From: Mobula hypostoma
Taxonomy: Eukaryota
Direction of reading: 5' to 3'
Length of the DNA stretch: 64,000 nucleotides
Assembly (NCBI RefSeq): GCF_963921235.1
Contig: NC_086108.1
Coordinates: forward strand, 72,108,001 to 72,172,000
Below, one piece after another: positions 12,785 through 23,545 of this stretch. The first letter of the stretch is position 1; every line of letters starts with the position of its first letter. The position numbers and the translations under genes were made by a program. The notes beneath the pieces are model-generated. The model saw only the letters and a list, made by a program, of their open reading frames with translations. It did not search any database and was not told the origin of the DNA.

Positions 12785-15150
12785 GTTCCTATCAGGCCTT
12801 CCTAATTGCTTCCAGAAATTCCAGCCAATGCTGATCTGCCTTCATCCCTGTCAGTGCTCTTTTCCAATCAATTCTGGCCAACTCCTCTCTCATGCCTCTG
12901 TAATTTCCCTTTACTCCATTGTAATACTGATGATCTGACTATAGCTTCCCCTCAAATTCCAGGATGAACTCGATCGTATTATGATCACTGGCTCTTAAGT
13001 GTTCTTTTACCTTAATATCCCTGATCAGTTCCAGATCATTGCACAACACCCAATCCAGAATAGCTGATCCCCTAGCAGACTCTAGTAGACTCTACCACGA
13101 GCTACTCAAAAAAATTCATCTCGTGGGCACTCTAGAAATTACCCTTCTGGAATCAAGCACCAATCTGATTTTCCCAATCTACTGCATATTGAAATCCCCC
13201 ATGGCTATTGTAATATTGCCTTTTGAACATGCATTTTCTATCTCCAGTTGTTATTTGTAGGCCAAATCCCTACTATAGTTTGGGGGTCTGTATACAACTC
13301 CCATCAGGGTCTTTTTACCCTTGCAATTCCTTAGCTCTCTCCACAGTGATTCAACACCTTCCAACCCCATGTCACCTCTTTTTAATGATTTGATTAATTT
13401 CTTTTACCATCAGAGCAAATCTGCCCCCTCTGTTTTCCTGCCTGTTCTTTTGATACAATGTGTATCCTTAGACATTAAGCTCCAAGCTATAATTGTCTTT
13501 CAGCTGTGATTCCGTGATGCCTACAATATCATACCTGCCAATCTGCAACTGTGCTGCAAGTTCATTTACCTTATTCCGTATACTGCGCACATTCAAATAT
13601 AACATCTTCAGCCCTTTACAATTTTGTCCGCCTTTTACATTGCAACTCATCCTGTTGATTGCAATTTTGCCCGATCAACATCTTCTCCTCACTACACATT
13701 GCCTGTTTGTAAACCATCTACCTCATCTTCAGCATTATTATCCGCCTTTCCTACAGTCCTTCCTGCATTGAAATATAGGCAGCTCAGGACACTAGTTGCA
13801 CTATGCTCAAACATTTGATTCCTATCTCGTCTGAGATCTTACCAACACCTGCATCCACAACCTCTCCACTAACTGTTCTGGCATTCTGGTCCCCATCCCC
13901 CTGCAACTCCAGTTCAAACTATCGTGAAGTTTTAACAAACCTTCCTGCTAGGAAATTAGTCTTCCTCCAGTTCAGGTGCAAACTGCCTCTTCTGTACAGA
14001 TTCTACCTTCCCTGAAAGAGAGCCCAATGATCCAAAAATTCTTAAGCCCTCCCTCCTAAACCAACTCCTTAGTCATGTGTTAAACTGTATAACCTTCCTA
14101 GTTCTGGTTTCACTGGCACATGGCATGGGTAACAATCCTGTGATCACAACCCTGGAGGCCCTGCCCCTTAACTTAGCAACTAACTCCCTGAACTCCCAGT
14201 GAGAACCTCATCACCTATCCTACCCATGTCCTTGGTACCTACATGAACCACGACTTCTGGCTGTTCACTCTCCCATTTAAGAATGCTGAGAACTTGATCC
14301 GAGATATCCCAGACCTTGGCACACAGGAGGCAACAAACCATCTGGGAATCTTGTTCTCGCCCTCGGAAGTCCATTCCCCTATGTAACGAATCCCCTATCA
14401 CCACAACATGCCTCTTCTCCTCCCTTCCCTTCTAAGTCACAGAGAGAGAGACCTGACCACTGTGACTTCCCTCTGTTAGGGTATTCCCCCCTCCCCCCAG
14501 CAGTATCCAATATGATATAACTGTCCTGTTATTGAAAGGGATGTCTACAGGGGTACTGTACTGACTCTTTAATCCCTTTCCCCTTCCTGACGGTCACCTA
14601 GTTTCCTGTGTCCTCCACCATGGGTGTAACTACCTCTCTATATGTCCTATCTATCACCCCCTCAGCCTCCCCAGTGATCCAGAATTCATCCAATTCCAGC
14701 TCCAAATCCTTAACACAGTTTGTTAGAAGCTGCAGCTGGCTGAACTTCTTGCAGTTGTAGTCTCAGGGACACCGGAGGTCTCCCTGCCTTCCCACACACT
14801 ACAAGAGGAGCATTCAACTATCCTGCCTGGCATCTCCACTATCCTAGATACAAAGACGGGAAGGAAAATATATTCTTTTCTTTGTCTTCTTTGACTGAAG
14901 CATCTCTTCACTGAAACCTCAAAGAGCCAAAGCCTCGAGATCATCCCTCTGACTCTGTCCACTCGGACGAAAGCCACTGTGATAGCTGCTCGCTTATCCC
15001 TGCCTTCCTTCAGTTCGCTTATGCTAATCAATCCCAAAAGCCAAATGGTCACTGATCAAAGCTCTTTTTCATCATAGTGATCCACTGCTGCTTTTTGTAT
15101 TCATGCTGTGTACCTGATTGAAGTCCCCTCCTCCCGAAACTTCTGATATC
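12785..15150 (-). mobile_element. CR1 LINE 5' half: 5' UTR, ORF1 (Cys-rich N-terminus and SGNH/GDSL esterase) and ORF2 APE endonuclease, degraded
   Basis: MPGRIVECSSCSVWE (about 14835 downward). VIGDSL.RG...MVCCLL.AKV.DI...ESEQPEVVVHVGTKDMGR (14180-14404) is the esterase. LYLNVRSIRNKVNELAAQLQIGRYDIVGITES (13468-13650) is the start of the endonuclease. Confidence 0.88.
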
Positions 15151-15414
15151 CGGATTGGTCGCGAACACGATAAGAAACATCCTCTCCGTTTCCAATGGGC
15201 TTTCAACATTTAATAGGTTTCAGAGATTCTTTCTCATTTTTCTGAACTCCAGAGTGTACAGGCCCAGGGCCATCAAACGCTCCTCAAAACTTTTCATTCC
15301 TAGGATCATTCTAGACTCTGGACCCTCTCCAATACCAGCACATCCTTTCTTAGAGAAGGTGCCCAAAATTGCTCACAACACCTCAAATGCGGTCTGACTG
15401 ATGCCTTACAGGGC

Positions 15415-15531
15415 AAAACAAGGGTCTTAGCCTGAAACATTGACTGATTGTTTATTTTCATAGATACTGCCTGACCAGCATTTTGTGTTTTGTCCTGGAT
15501 CTCTAGCATCTGCAGATTTTCTCGTGTTTGT
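15415..15531 (+). mobile_element. Penelope-like terminal-repeat fragment inserted in CR1 (half hammerhead)
   Basis: agggtcttagcctgaaacattgactg...catagatactgcctgaccagcattttgtg...agcatctgcagattttctcgtgttt; the CUGANGA half is missing. Confidence 0.7.
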
Positions 15532-16029
15532 GGCTCAGCATTACATTTTTGCCTTTGTATTCCAAGTCCTCTTGAAATGAATTCAAACGTTGCATTTGCC
15601 TTCCTTGCCACTGACTCAACCTGCACAAGGAGTCCCATGTCCTTTTGCACCTCTGATTTCAGAATTTGCTCCCCATTTAGAATGTAGTCTATGGTTTTTT
15701 TTTCTACCAAAGTGCATGGTCATATACTTTCCTACACTATATTCCGATTTCCAATTCTTTACTCATTCTCCTAATCTGTCTAAATCCTTCTAAAGACTCC
15801 CTACTTCCTCAACACAATCTGCCCCTCCACCTATATTTGTATCATCCAGAAATTGGTCATAAAGCTATCAATTCTTCAATTCTGTCATCTGAGTCATTGA
15901 CATATAACATGAAGAGGAACAATCCTGACACGAACCTCTGCATAACACCACTAATCACCGACAGGCAAATGAAATAGACCACCTTTATTCCCACTCTTTG
16001 CCTTTTGCCAATCAACCAATCTTCTATTC

Positions 16030-16168
16030 ACAAACAACAGGAATTCTGCAGATGCTGGAAATTCAAGCAACATACATCAAAGTTGCTGGTGAACGCAGCA
16101 GGCCAAGCAGCATCTATAGGAAGAGGCGCAGTCGACGTTTCAGGCCGAGACCCTTCGTCAGGACTAAC
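16030..16168 (-). mobile_element. Penelope-like terminal repeat (solo end) inserted in CR1
   Basis: aacaggaattctgcagatgctggaaattcaagcaac...gcagcaggccaagcagcatctatagg...cagtcgacgtttcaggccgagacccttcgtcaggact; CpG-rich, which suggests a young copy. Confidence 0.8.
16130..16165 (-). ncRNA. Minimal type I hammerhead ribozyme motif (Penelope-associated)
   Basis: Minus strand reads AGUC-CUGACGA-AGG(GUCUCGG)CCU-GAA-AC-GU-C-GACU. Stem I is AGUC/GACU, the CUGANGA and GAAA core boxes are intact, stem II is AGG/CCU, stem III is the palindrome ACGU, and the cleavage triplet is GUC. Confidence 0.8.
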
Positions 16169-17334
16169 TTTATACCGTGGGCACATTTGCCTTGTTCAGT
16201 AGTCTCATGTGCGGCACTTGTCAAAAGCTTTCTAAAAATCCAAGTAAGCAGCATCTACTGACTTTCCTTTGACTATCCTGCCTGTAGTTTCCTCAAAGAA
16301 CTCCAACAGACTTGTCAGGTAAGATTTCCCCTTAAGGAAACCATGCTGACCTTGGTCTATTTTATCATGTGCCTCCAGTACCCGGAAACCACATCCTTAT
16401 AATGGACTCCAACATCTTACTAACTACTGAAGTTAGGCTCATTGGCCTATACTTTCTATTTTTGCCTCCCTCCCTTCTTAAAAAGTTGAGTGATATCTGC
16501 AATTTCCCAGTTCTCTAGAACCTTTCTAGTACCTAGTGATTCTTGATAGACCACTACTAATACTGTACGTCCACAATCTCTTCAATTACCTTTCAAAACT
16601 TTGGGGTGTAGTCCATCTGATCCTGGTGACTTATCTACCTTCAAGCCTTCCTAAGCACTTTCTCCTTAGTAACAGCAGCTACACTCACTCCTGTCAACTG
16701 GCACTCGAATTTCTGGCATATTACTGGTGTAATTCACAGTGAAGACTGATACAAAATACTTCTTGAGATTGTTGGCCATTTCTTTATCCTTAATTACTAC
16801 TTTTCCAAAATAATTTTTCAGCTTGTTTATGTTCGCTCATCTATTTGTTATATTTTAATATTCCTCATGTGCAAATCTGTTTAGATAACAATTACAAATG
16901 TAATAAGATTATAATCAGATAATTAGAAACATAAATTGAAAACTGCTTTCTAGAAAAGCCGGTAAGGCTGTCAATTGGGAATGTTGGTTCTGGTAAGATG
17001 GTGGTGCTTTCAATTGCAATGGCTTCTATGGGTTCAATAATAGGTGTTACTGTCCATTTTAAACGTATTTTTCATGAATGCAAGATCCTGCGAGACATTA
17101 AAGATTTACAGTCTGCCCATCAGCGAGCTGCTCATTGGTAGAAAAATTGAAGGAGCTGGACTTGGTGCAGTTTGTGCTGCTGCTTGCATTGGAGAGGCTT
17201 TGGAAGAGCTGGTATGCAAAGAAGGTATGCAGTCTGATAGCAAGTGACCGTTGTAGTCATTTTTCTTGTGATTGCAAGACCCTGTTTGGACTTTGTTAAT
17301 GTGGAATGCTGCAATTCTGATTCACTGATTTATT

Positions 17335-17980
17335 TGCAGTCAGCAGGGGAGCTGCATGGCCTCGGTCATAGCAAGGACTAGGCCTCAAGCTACAGTGTTG
17401 CCTGTTTACAGCTGCCAGGAGAAAGGTGTGGAAGCCAGTGTGCTCCACCAGAGGTGATGTGGCATGGAGTCTAGATGGGAGACGGTGCTGCTCCCACCCC
17501 CGCCCCCCCAGTATTCGCTTGGCTGAAGACAAACCATTTTGTGGATTGTGGTCGACTGCAGATTTCTGCGGCATTCATGGACTCTGGGCCTCAAGCTGCA
17601 GTGTCGCCTGTTTGCAGCTGTCAGAAGAGAGGTGTAGAAGCCAGTGTGCTCAAACAGGGGCGGTGTGGCACTGTGTGCCACACTGGAGTTGGTGCTGCCA
17701 CCCCGCACCCCACCCCACCCCAGCGATCACTCGGCAGAACACAAGCTGTATTCTATTTGACTAAACATTTCTGAGGTGTACTGTACGTGGACTCAGGGTT
17801 TGGACTATTCTTTTTTTATTGATATCTAACATGTGCTTACTATCTTGTATGTGCTATGTGTGCTTTGTGCTGTGTGTGACTGTTGGTATCGTGTTTTGCA
17901 CCTTGATTCCAGAGTAACGCTGTCTTGTTTGGCTGTATTTGTGTATGGTTGAATGACAACTAAACTGAAATTGAATTGTG
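17335..17980 (+). mobile_element. Non-autonomous retroelement with a Rex1-type 3' tail and an internal ~207-bp duplication
   Basis: 3' end gtgttttgcacc...tggttgaatgacaactaaactgaaattgaattg is homologous to the minus copy at 19355. Internal repeat ggcctcaagct.cagtgt.gcctgttt occurs at 17381 and 17587. Confidence 0.6.
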
Positions 17981-19357
17981 AATTAAAGGGCACAACACAA
18001 AGAAGGGATCAGCTTAAAATATTGCATTTGGTTTCTAAAATATTCAAATAAATTATTTTTTTAAAGTATTTGAGAATTATAAATCTTCATAACTGATATA
18101 AAGAAATATTACAGAAATAATGATCAAGTCCAAAAATTTCAAAAGCAGCAGAGAGAAAAGATCAACACAAGAGTTGCAAGCACAATCCATAGTCCATATT
18201 TCAGCAACTGACACTAACGCAGAAGTAATTAAAAATAGGAAAAATGTCAGAATCTTTTATCTAAACAATATAGTAAGTCGAAAAGAAGAAGGCAACAAGG
18301 GGGATATTTGCAGCAACATAGGTAAGCAAATTATTATAATGTAAAAAGGTCCAAAGCACAGTGCAGTTTGATAGTTTTCCAGGGTTTTCATATCTACATT
18401 TATTATAAGGGTTTCAATACTTCATAAGCCAACTGGCCATAATAAAGTATAAAATTCCAATTTAATAAGCCTGCTACACCATTTTAGAAGGTATTATAAG
18501 TCTAGATATTTGATATTCTGCACTGTGTCACAGAAATATAAATAATTTTGCAGCTGCTTTGTCGGATGAATTGTGTTGACCAGGAGTAAAATGGGAATTC
18601 TAATCCAGGCAAGCTGTAATTTCAATGTAGTTGGACACACAGCTACCTCAGATATTAGTTTGACTGAATTGCTGCCTATTTAGGTCAACCTTCATCTAAA
18701 TTCAAATATACTAAAAATAATCCAAACATGGATGCAACAGGAGCAGAAAGTCAAGAAAGCCCTGAGTACTTTGAAAGATTCTTGATATGGAGTAAGAACA
18801 ATGGAAAATCAATGAGATGTGTGCCTGCCTTTAATCCCTGAATATTTTTGTTTTTACTGTTACCGTGGAATTGCTGCTATAATTTTCCTGTATGCAAAGG
18901 TGAATTCCCATACCTTGGAACGCTAGATAATAACGTCATAAATATCTGAAACAGGTAAAAGCAAGTGTATATAATTAATTGAATACTAGTAGTTAAGGAA
19001 ACAAGATAATTTTACAATTGGAATTTTCTGACCAAAAGTATTGCTTAATATTCATCTTGAAGGGGCAAAGATTTACTGCTGCGTGTGGTACTGGTGGCCA
19101 AATATTAAACAACCTTTACATAGTCAGTGCTGATTGGAGTGCGTTTCTCTTTTATTTGGACTTTCAGACCAGAACCAAGCCTCCTACACAAAAAAATGGC
19201 TGACGAATTAGGAGGCCTTCATTAGCAGCACTCTGAGCATATGGAAGATCATCTTCCATGTCGGGGAATTCTTGGTGCACACTTCCACGCAGACCAATCA
19301 GATTTCTGTTTCTGATATGCAGGAATGTTGAATTATTTTGCTTAGGAATTTCCAGTG

Positions 19358-21250
19358 AAGAGTTCAAGTTCAAGGTTAATTGTCATTCAACCATACACTT
19401 AAATACAACCAAAGGAAACAGCTCTCCTCTGGGGCGAAGGTGCAAAACACAGAACTAATAGGTCATACACAGCACACAGCACATATAATTAGGATAGCAA
19501 AAAAACATACAGTTACAAAAAAATAATAATATAGCACAAGTCCCTGAGTGTCATGGCCTGTAGGTTTATGTGCATGGATATTGTTCTGTAGCCGCATCTC
19601 TGCAGAAAAAAAACCCGTAACAGTTCCTCATGTCGCTCTGTACAGTCACAGATGAAAGCAATCCACCTTGTTTCCCACCGTGCAAACACTGGAAGGCAGA
19701 ATTGACGGGAGGGACCAGCGTGGATTCCAAAAGCACACAGGCAGATCCGGCTACAACAGGCAGCCCTGAGGAATGATCTGTGCCGCAACTGAAGCCATGC
19801 AGCTCCCTGGCTGTTGGTCCTGTGAATCGAACTCACAGTATTCTACATTATCAGTGTCCAACGGGGTCTCGTGATCGCAACAACATCTAAGAACACCAGC
19901 TGCATCGTTCATTGGATTGCACCGTGTCTAATGTCTTCATTCCTCGGTGGCTGAAGCAGGATGCAGCACAATGCACAGCAAGTCCAGCTCCACCACTGTT
20001 TACTAGCAACACACACAAAGTCATAGAGGAACTCAGCAGGCCAGGCAGCATCAGTGGAAAAAAGTACAGTTGACGATTCGGGCCGAAACCCTTCAGCAGG
20101 ACTGAAGAAAAAAAGACGAGTAGAATTAAAAGGTGGAGATGGAAAATAAATATCATCAACAAGCGCACCTTTCCTGCCCCCCCCCCCAACTTTCTGCTTT
20201 CTGCAGGGATCGATCCCTATGTGACTCCCTTGTCCATTCATCCCTCTCCACTGATCTCCCTCCTGGTACATAGCCTTACAAGCGGAACAAGTGCTACACC
20301 TGTCCCTACACCTCCTCCCTCACTACCATCCAGGGCCCTAAACAGTCCTTCTAGGTGAGGTGACACTTCACCCGTGAGTCTGTTGGAATCATCTACTGCG
20401 TCCTCCAGTGTGGCCTCCTGTATATCGGTGAGACCCGACGCAGGTTGGGAGACCGCTTCACCAAACACCTACACCCCGTCTGCCAGAATAAGCGGGATCT
20501 CCCAGTTGCCACCCATTTTAGAATCTCCCAGTGGCCACCCATTTTAATTCCACTTCCCGTTCCCATTCCGACATGTTTATCCATGGCCTCCTCTACTGGC
20601 ACGATGAAGCCACACCCAGCTTAGAGGAACAACACCTTATATTCCGTCTGGGTAGCCTCCTACCAGATGGCATGAACACCGATTTCTTGAAGTTCCGGTA
20701 ATGTTCCACCCCTTTCTTCCCAATTCCCCATCCCCTTTTCCCTCTTTCACCTTATCTCCTCACATGCCCATGACCATCTGTCCTCTCCTATTATATTCCC
20801 CCTTCTTCTTGCGCCCTGTATCTCTCTCACCACTCAACTTCCCAGCTCTTTATTTCACCCTCCCCCCCCACCCCCGGTTTCACCTATCACATTCTGTTAC
20901 TCCCTCTCCTCCCCTCACCTTTCAAATCTACTCCTCATCTTTTTTTCTCTAGTGCTGCTGAAGGATTTTGGCCCCAAACATCAACTGTACTCTTTTCCAT
21001 AGATGCTGCCCGGCCTGCTGAGTTCCTCCAGCATTTTGGGTGTGTTGTTTGGATTTCCAGCATCTGCAGATTGTCTCTTGCTGGTGATTAGATCACTATT
21101 TACTAACCCACTAGTGGGTTACTCCTGTGGTAGCTGATGTTCCTGATAACCAGCAGTATCTTGCGATTGTGAAAAAGGTGCAAAGGATGAACAATTACAA
21201 CTTTGGACCAAAAAAGACCTCTGCATCTGAGTGCACCATTATTTTATTGG
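19358..21250 (-). mobile_element. Non-autonomous Rex1-tailed retroelement split by a Penelope insertion
   Basis: Tail gagttcaagttcaaggttaattgtcattcaacc at about 19360. The body continues to 20005 and resumes at 21094; the 5' end is near 21240. Confidence 0.6.
20006..21093 (+). mobile_element. Penelope-like element (GIY-YIG endonuclease C-terminus) with inverted terminal repeat and 12-bp TSD
   Basis: Plus strand translates as ...GIIYC.LQCGLLYIGETRRRLGDRFTKHL...DLPVATHF.NSTSRSHSDM...LEEQHLIFRLGSLLPDGMN. The 3' repeat at about 20900-21090 is mirrored in inverted orientation at 20006-20145. Flanks cactgtttacta (19994-20005) and cactatttacta (21094-21105). Confidence 0.9.
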
Positions 21251-21424
21251 AAATTGGAGTATGAGGCCACATTCAGTTCGGAGGAGCAACACCTTATATT
21301 CCGTTTGGGTAGCCTCCAACCAGATGGAATGAACATCAATTTCTCGAACTTTCGGTCATGGCCCCCTTCCTTTTGCTGACCATTCCCAATACCCTCTCTC
21401 ACCTTATCTCTTTACTTGCCCATC

Positions 21425-22456
21425 ATCAGCTTCCTGACTGACAGGGTGCAGCAAGTGTGGCTGGGGAGCATCATTTCTAGCACCCAGACAATCAGTACTG
21501 GTGCCCCCCCAGGGATGTGTGCTCTCCCCACTGCTCTTCTCCCTTTACACTAATGACTGCACCTCACGGGATCCATCTGTTCAACTCCTGAAGTTTGCAG
21601 ATGACACAACTGTCATTGGCCTTATCCGAGACGGTGATGAGTCTGCATACAGACGGGCAGTGGAACAGCTGCCCTCTGGTGTGGTCAGAACAATCTGGAG
21701 CTAAATACGCTCAAGACTGTGGAGATGACAGTGGGCTTCAGGAGAAGCCCCCCAATACTCCCCCCACTCACTACACTCAACAGTATTGTGTCTGCTGTGG
21801 AGACCTTCAGGTTTCTGGGTGTCACAATCTCCCAGGACCTGAAGTGGACACCCAACATGGACACTCTATCAAAAAGGCTCAGCAGAGGTTGTATTTCCTA
21901 TGTCAACTCAGGAAGTACAACCTGCCTCAGGATCTGCTGATTCAATTCTATTCAGGAATAATCCAGTCTGTTCTCTGTTCGTCCATCACTGTCTGGTTTG
22001 GATCTGCTACCAAACGAGACAAGAATAGACTCCAAAGAACCGTCAGGGCTGCGGAAAGGATTATTGGTGTGAAGCTGCCCTCGATCCAGGACTTACATGC
22101 ATCTAGAGTCAGGAAGCGAGCAAGCAGCATCATTGTAGACCCATCACACCCTGGACATCACCTGTTCCAACTCCTTCCTTCTGGTAGGCGCTTTAGATCA
22201 CTGTATGCCAGGACAGATAGGTACAAGAACAGTTTCTTCCCGTATGCCATCAGTCTTAAGAACACTTGAATTTTAATCTATTATAAACCAAGTCCACCTG
22301 TACATACACAGGTATACCTCATTGTATACAGTTCACGATTACTTACGCTATTGTTTTGTTTGCTTCTTGATTCTGTACAGCGAGAGCTCAGGGAAACCGG
22401 CATCAAATTCCTTCTAAGTGTCTACATACTTGGCGATAATAAAGGATTCTGATTCT
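21425..22456 (+). mobile_element. Rex1/Babar-type LINE, 5'-truncated (RT C-terminal half and 3' UTR), little decayed
   Basis: PQGCVLSPLLFSLYTNDC...KFADDTTVIGLI; KKAQQRLYFLCQLRK...LQRTVRAAERIIG...DPSHPGHHLFQLLPSGRRFRSL...NSFFP; tail aataaaggattctgattctg. Confidence 0.92.
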
Positions 22457-22668
22457 GCTGCTCCTCCCAATCCCTTTCTTTCATGGTCTGTTGTCTCCTA
22501 TCATATTCCTCTTTCTTCAGACCTTCCAGCTCTTTATCTCTTTCACCAATCAACTTCCCAGCTCTTTACTTCATCTCCTCCTCCTCCTCTCCCAGTCTCA
22601 CCTATCACCTGCCGCCTTGTACTTCTTCCTCCCACCCCCACCTTCTTACTCTGACTTCTGATTCTTTC

Positions 22669-22706
22669 CAGTCCTGATGAAAGGAATCAGCCTGAAATGT
22701 CAACTG
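22669..22706 (+). ncRNA. Hammerhead ribozyme motif, CpG-decayed copy
   Basis: CAGUC-CUGAUGA-AAGGAAUCAGCCU-GAAA-UGUC-AACUG. The core boxes are intact; stems I and III carry CG>TG/CA changes. Confidence 0.6.
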
Positions 22707-22789
22707 TTTACTCTTTTCCATAGATGCTGCCGGGCTTACTGAGTTCCTCCTGTATTTTGTGTGTGTTAATTTCACTACTACTTATGTTA

Positions 22790-23545
22790 ATCCATTCCAG
22801 GCACCTACCACCCTCAGCACATAAAAATCTTGCTCCTCTGATCTTAAAATCTGTTCCTCTGGTGTCTGACAGTTCTACCTTGGGGAAAGTTTTTGTCTGT
22901 CTCTGCTATCTTTACTTCTCATAACTTTAAAGCCTCTATCATGATTTCCCCTCACTCTCTGATGCTTGAGGGAAAACAGTCTAAGCTTGCCCAAGCTTTC
23001 CTTGTCGCTGATACTCTCTAATCCAGGCAACATTTTGGTAAACCTCATCTGCACCCTTTCCACATTGTTCCAGTAATGGGATGCCCAGAACTACATGCAA
23101 AGCCCCAAGTGTGGTCTGACTAAAGTTTGATATAGCTGCAGCATGACTTCCTTTTCAATGAAGGCAAGCATCCCATATACCTGCTTTATCACCTTTTCCA
23201 CTTGCATAGCTATTTTCAGTGAACTATGAACCTGGACCTCAAGATCCCTCTGTACCTCAATGGCTTTAAGGGGGCTGCCATTAACTATATACTTTCTTCT
23301 TTCATTTGACTTTTCAAAGTGCACCACCTCACACCTGCCTGGGTTAAATTCCATTTGATAGTTCTCTATCCATAGTTAAAATTGATCTATATCCCACTGT
23401 ATTCTTTGATAGTCTTTCGCCATTCCTGGTGTCATCCACAAGTTTGCTCGTTCAACAATTTATATTCTCATCCAAATATTTGATACAAACAACAGAGGTC
23501 CCAGCACCAATTCTTGCAGAACAACATTGGTTACAGACCTCATTT
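22790..23545 (-). mobile_element. CR1 RT/C-terminal fragment, degraded
   Basis: Minus ORFs MEFNPGRCEVVHF...QRDLEVQVHSSLK...QLYQTLVRPHLG; ERVQMRFTKMLPGLE. Confidence 0.88.

Larger units (their letters stand above)
15170..16835 (-). mobile_element. CR1 LINE RT region, degraded, interrupted by two Penelope terminal fragments
   Basis: Minus strand YILNGEQILKSEVQKD...ARKANATFEFISRG, SVRPHLRCCEQFWAPSLRKDVLVLERVQ; HGFLKGKS and DF.KAFDKC regions at about 16220-16350. Confidence 0.85.
21262..22770 (+). mobile_element. Penelope-like 3' fragment split by a Rex1-type LINE
   Basis: EEQHLIFRLGSLQPDGMNINFSNF at 21280-21355. The pyrimidine-rich UTR resumes at about 22456 and ends in the terminal repeat with a hammerhead (22669-22706). 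Confidence 0.82.

Noticed and set aside
17110..17224. Possible short exon ending at aag|gtatgc
   Set aside because: Weak acceptor, no recognisable peptide and no partner exons.
19168..19330. Possible coding exon after a strong acceptor (tttctcttttatttggactttcag)
   Set aside because: All three frames reach a stop within about 60 nt and no good donor follows; at most non-coding.
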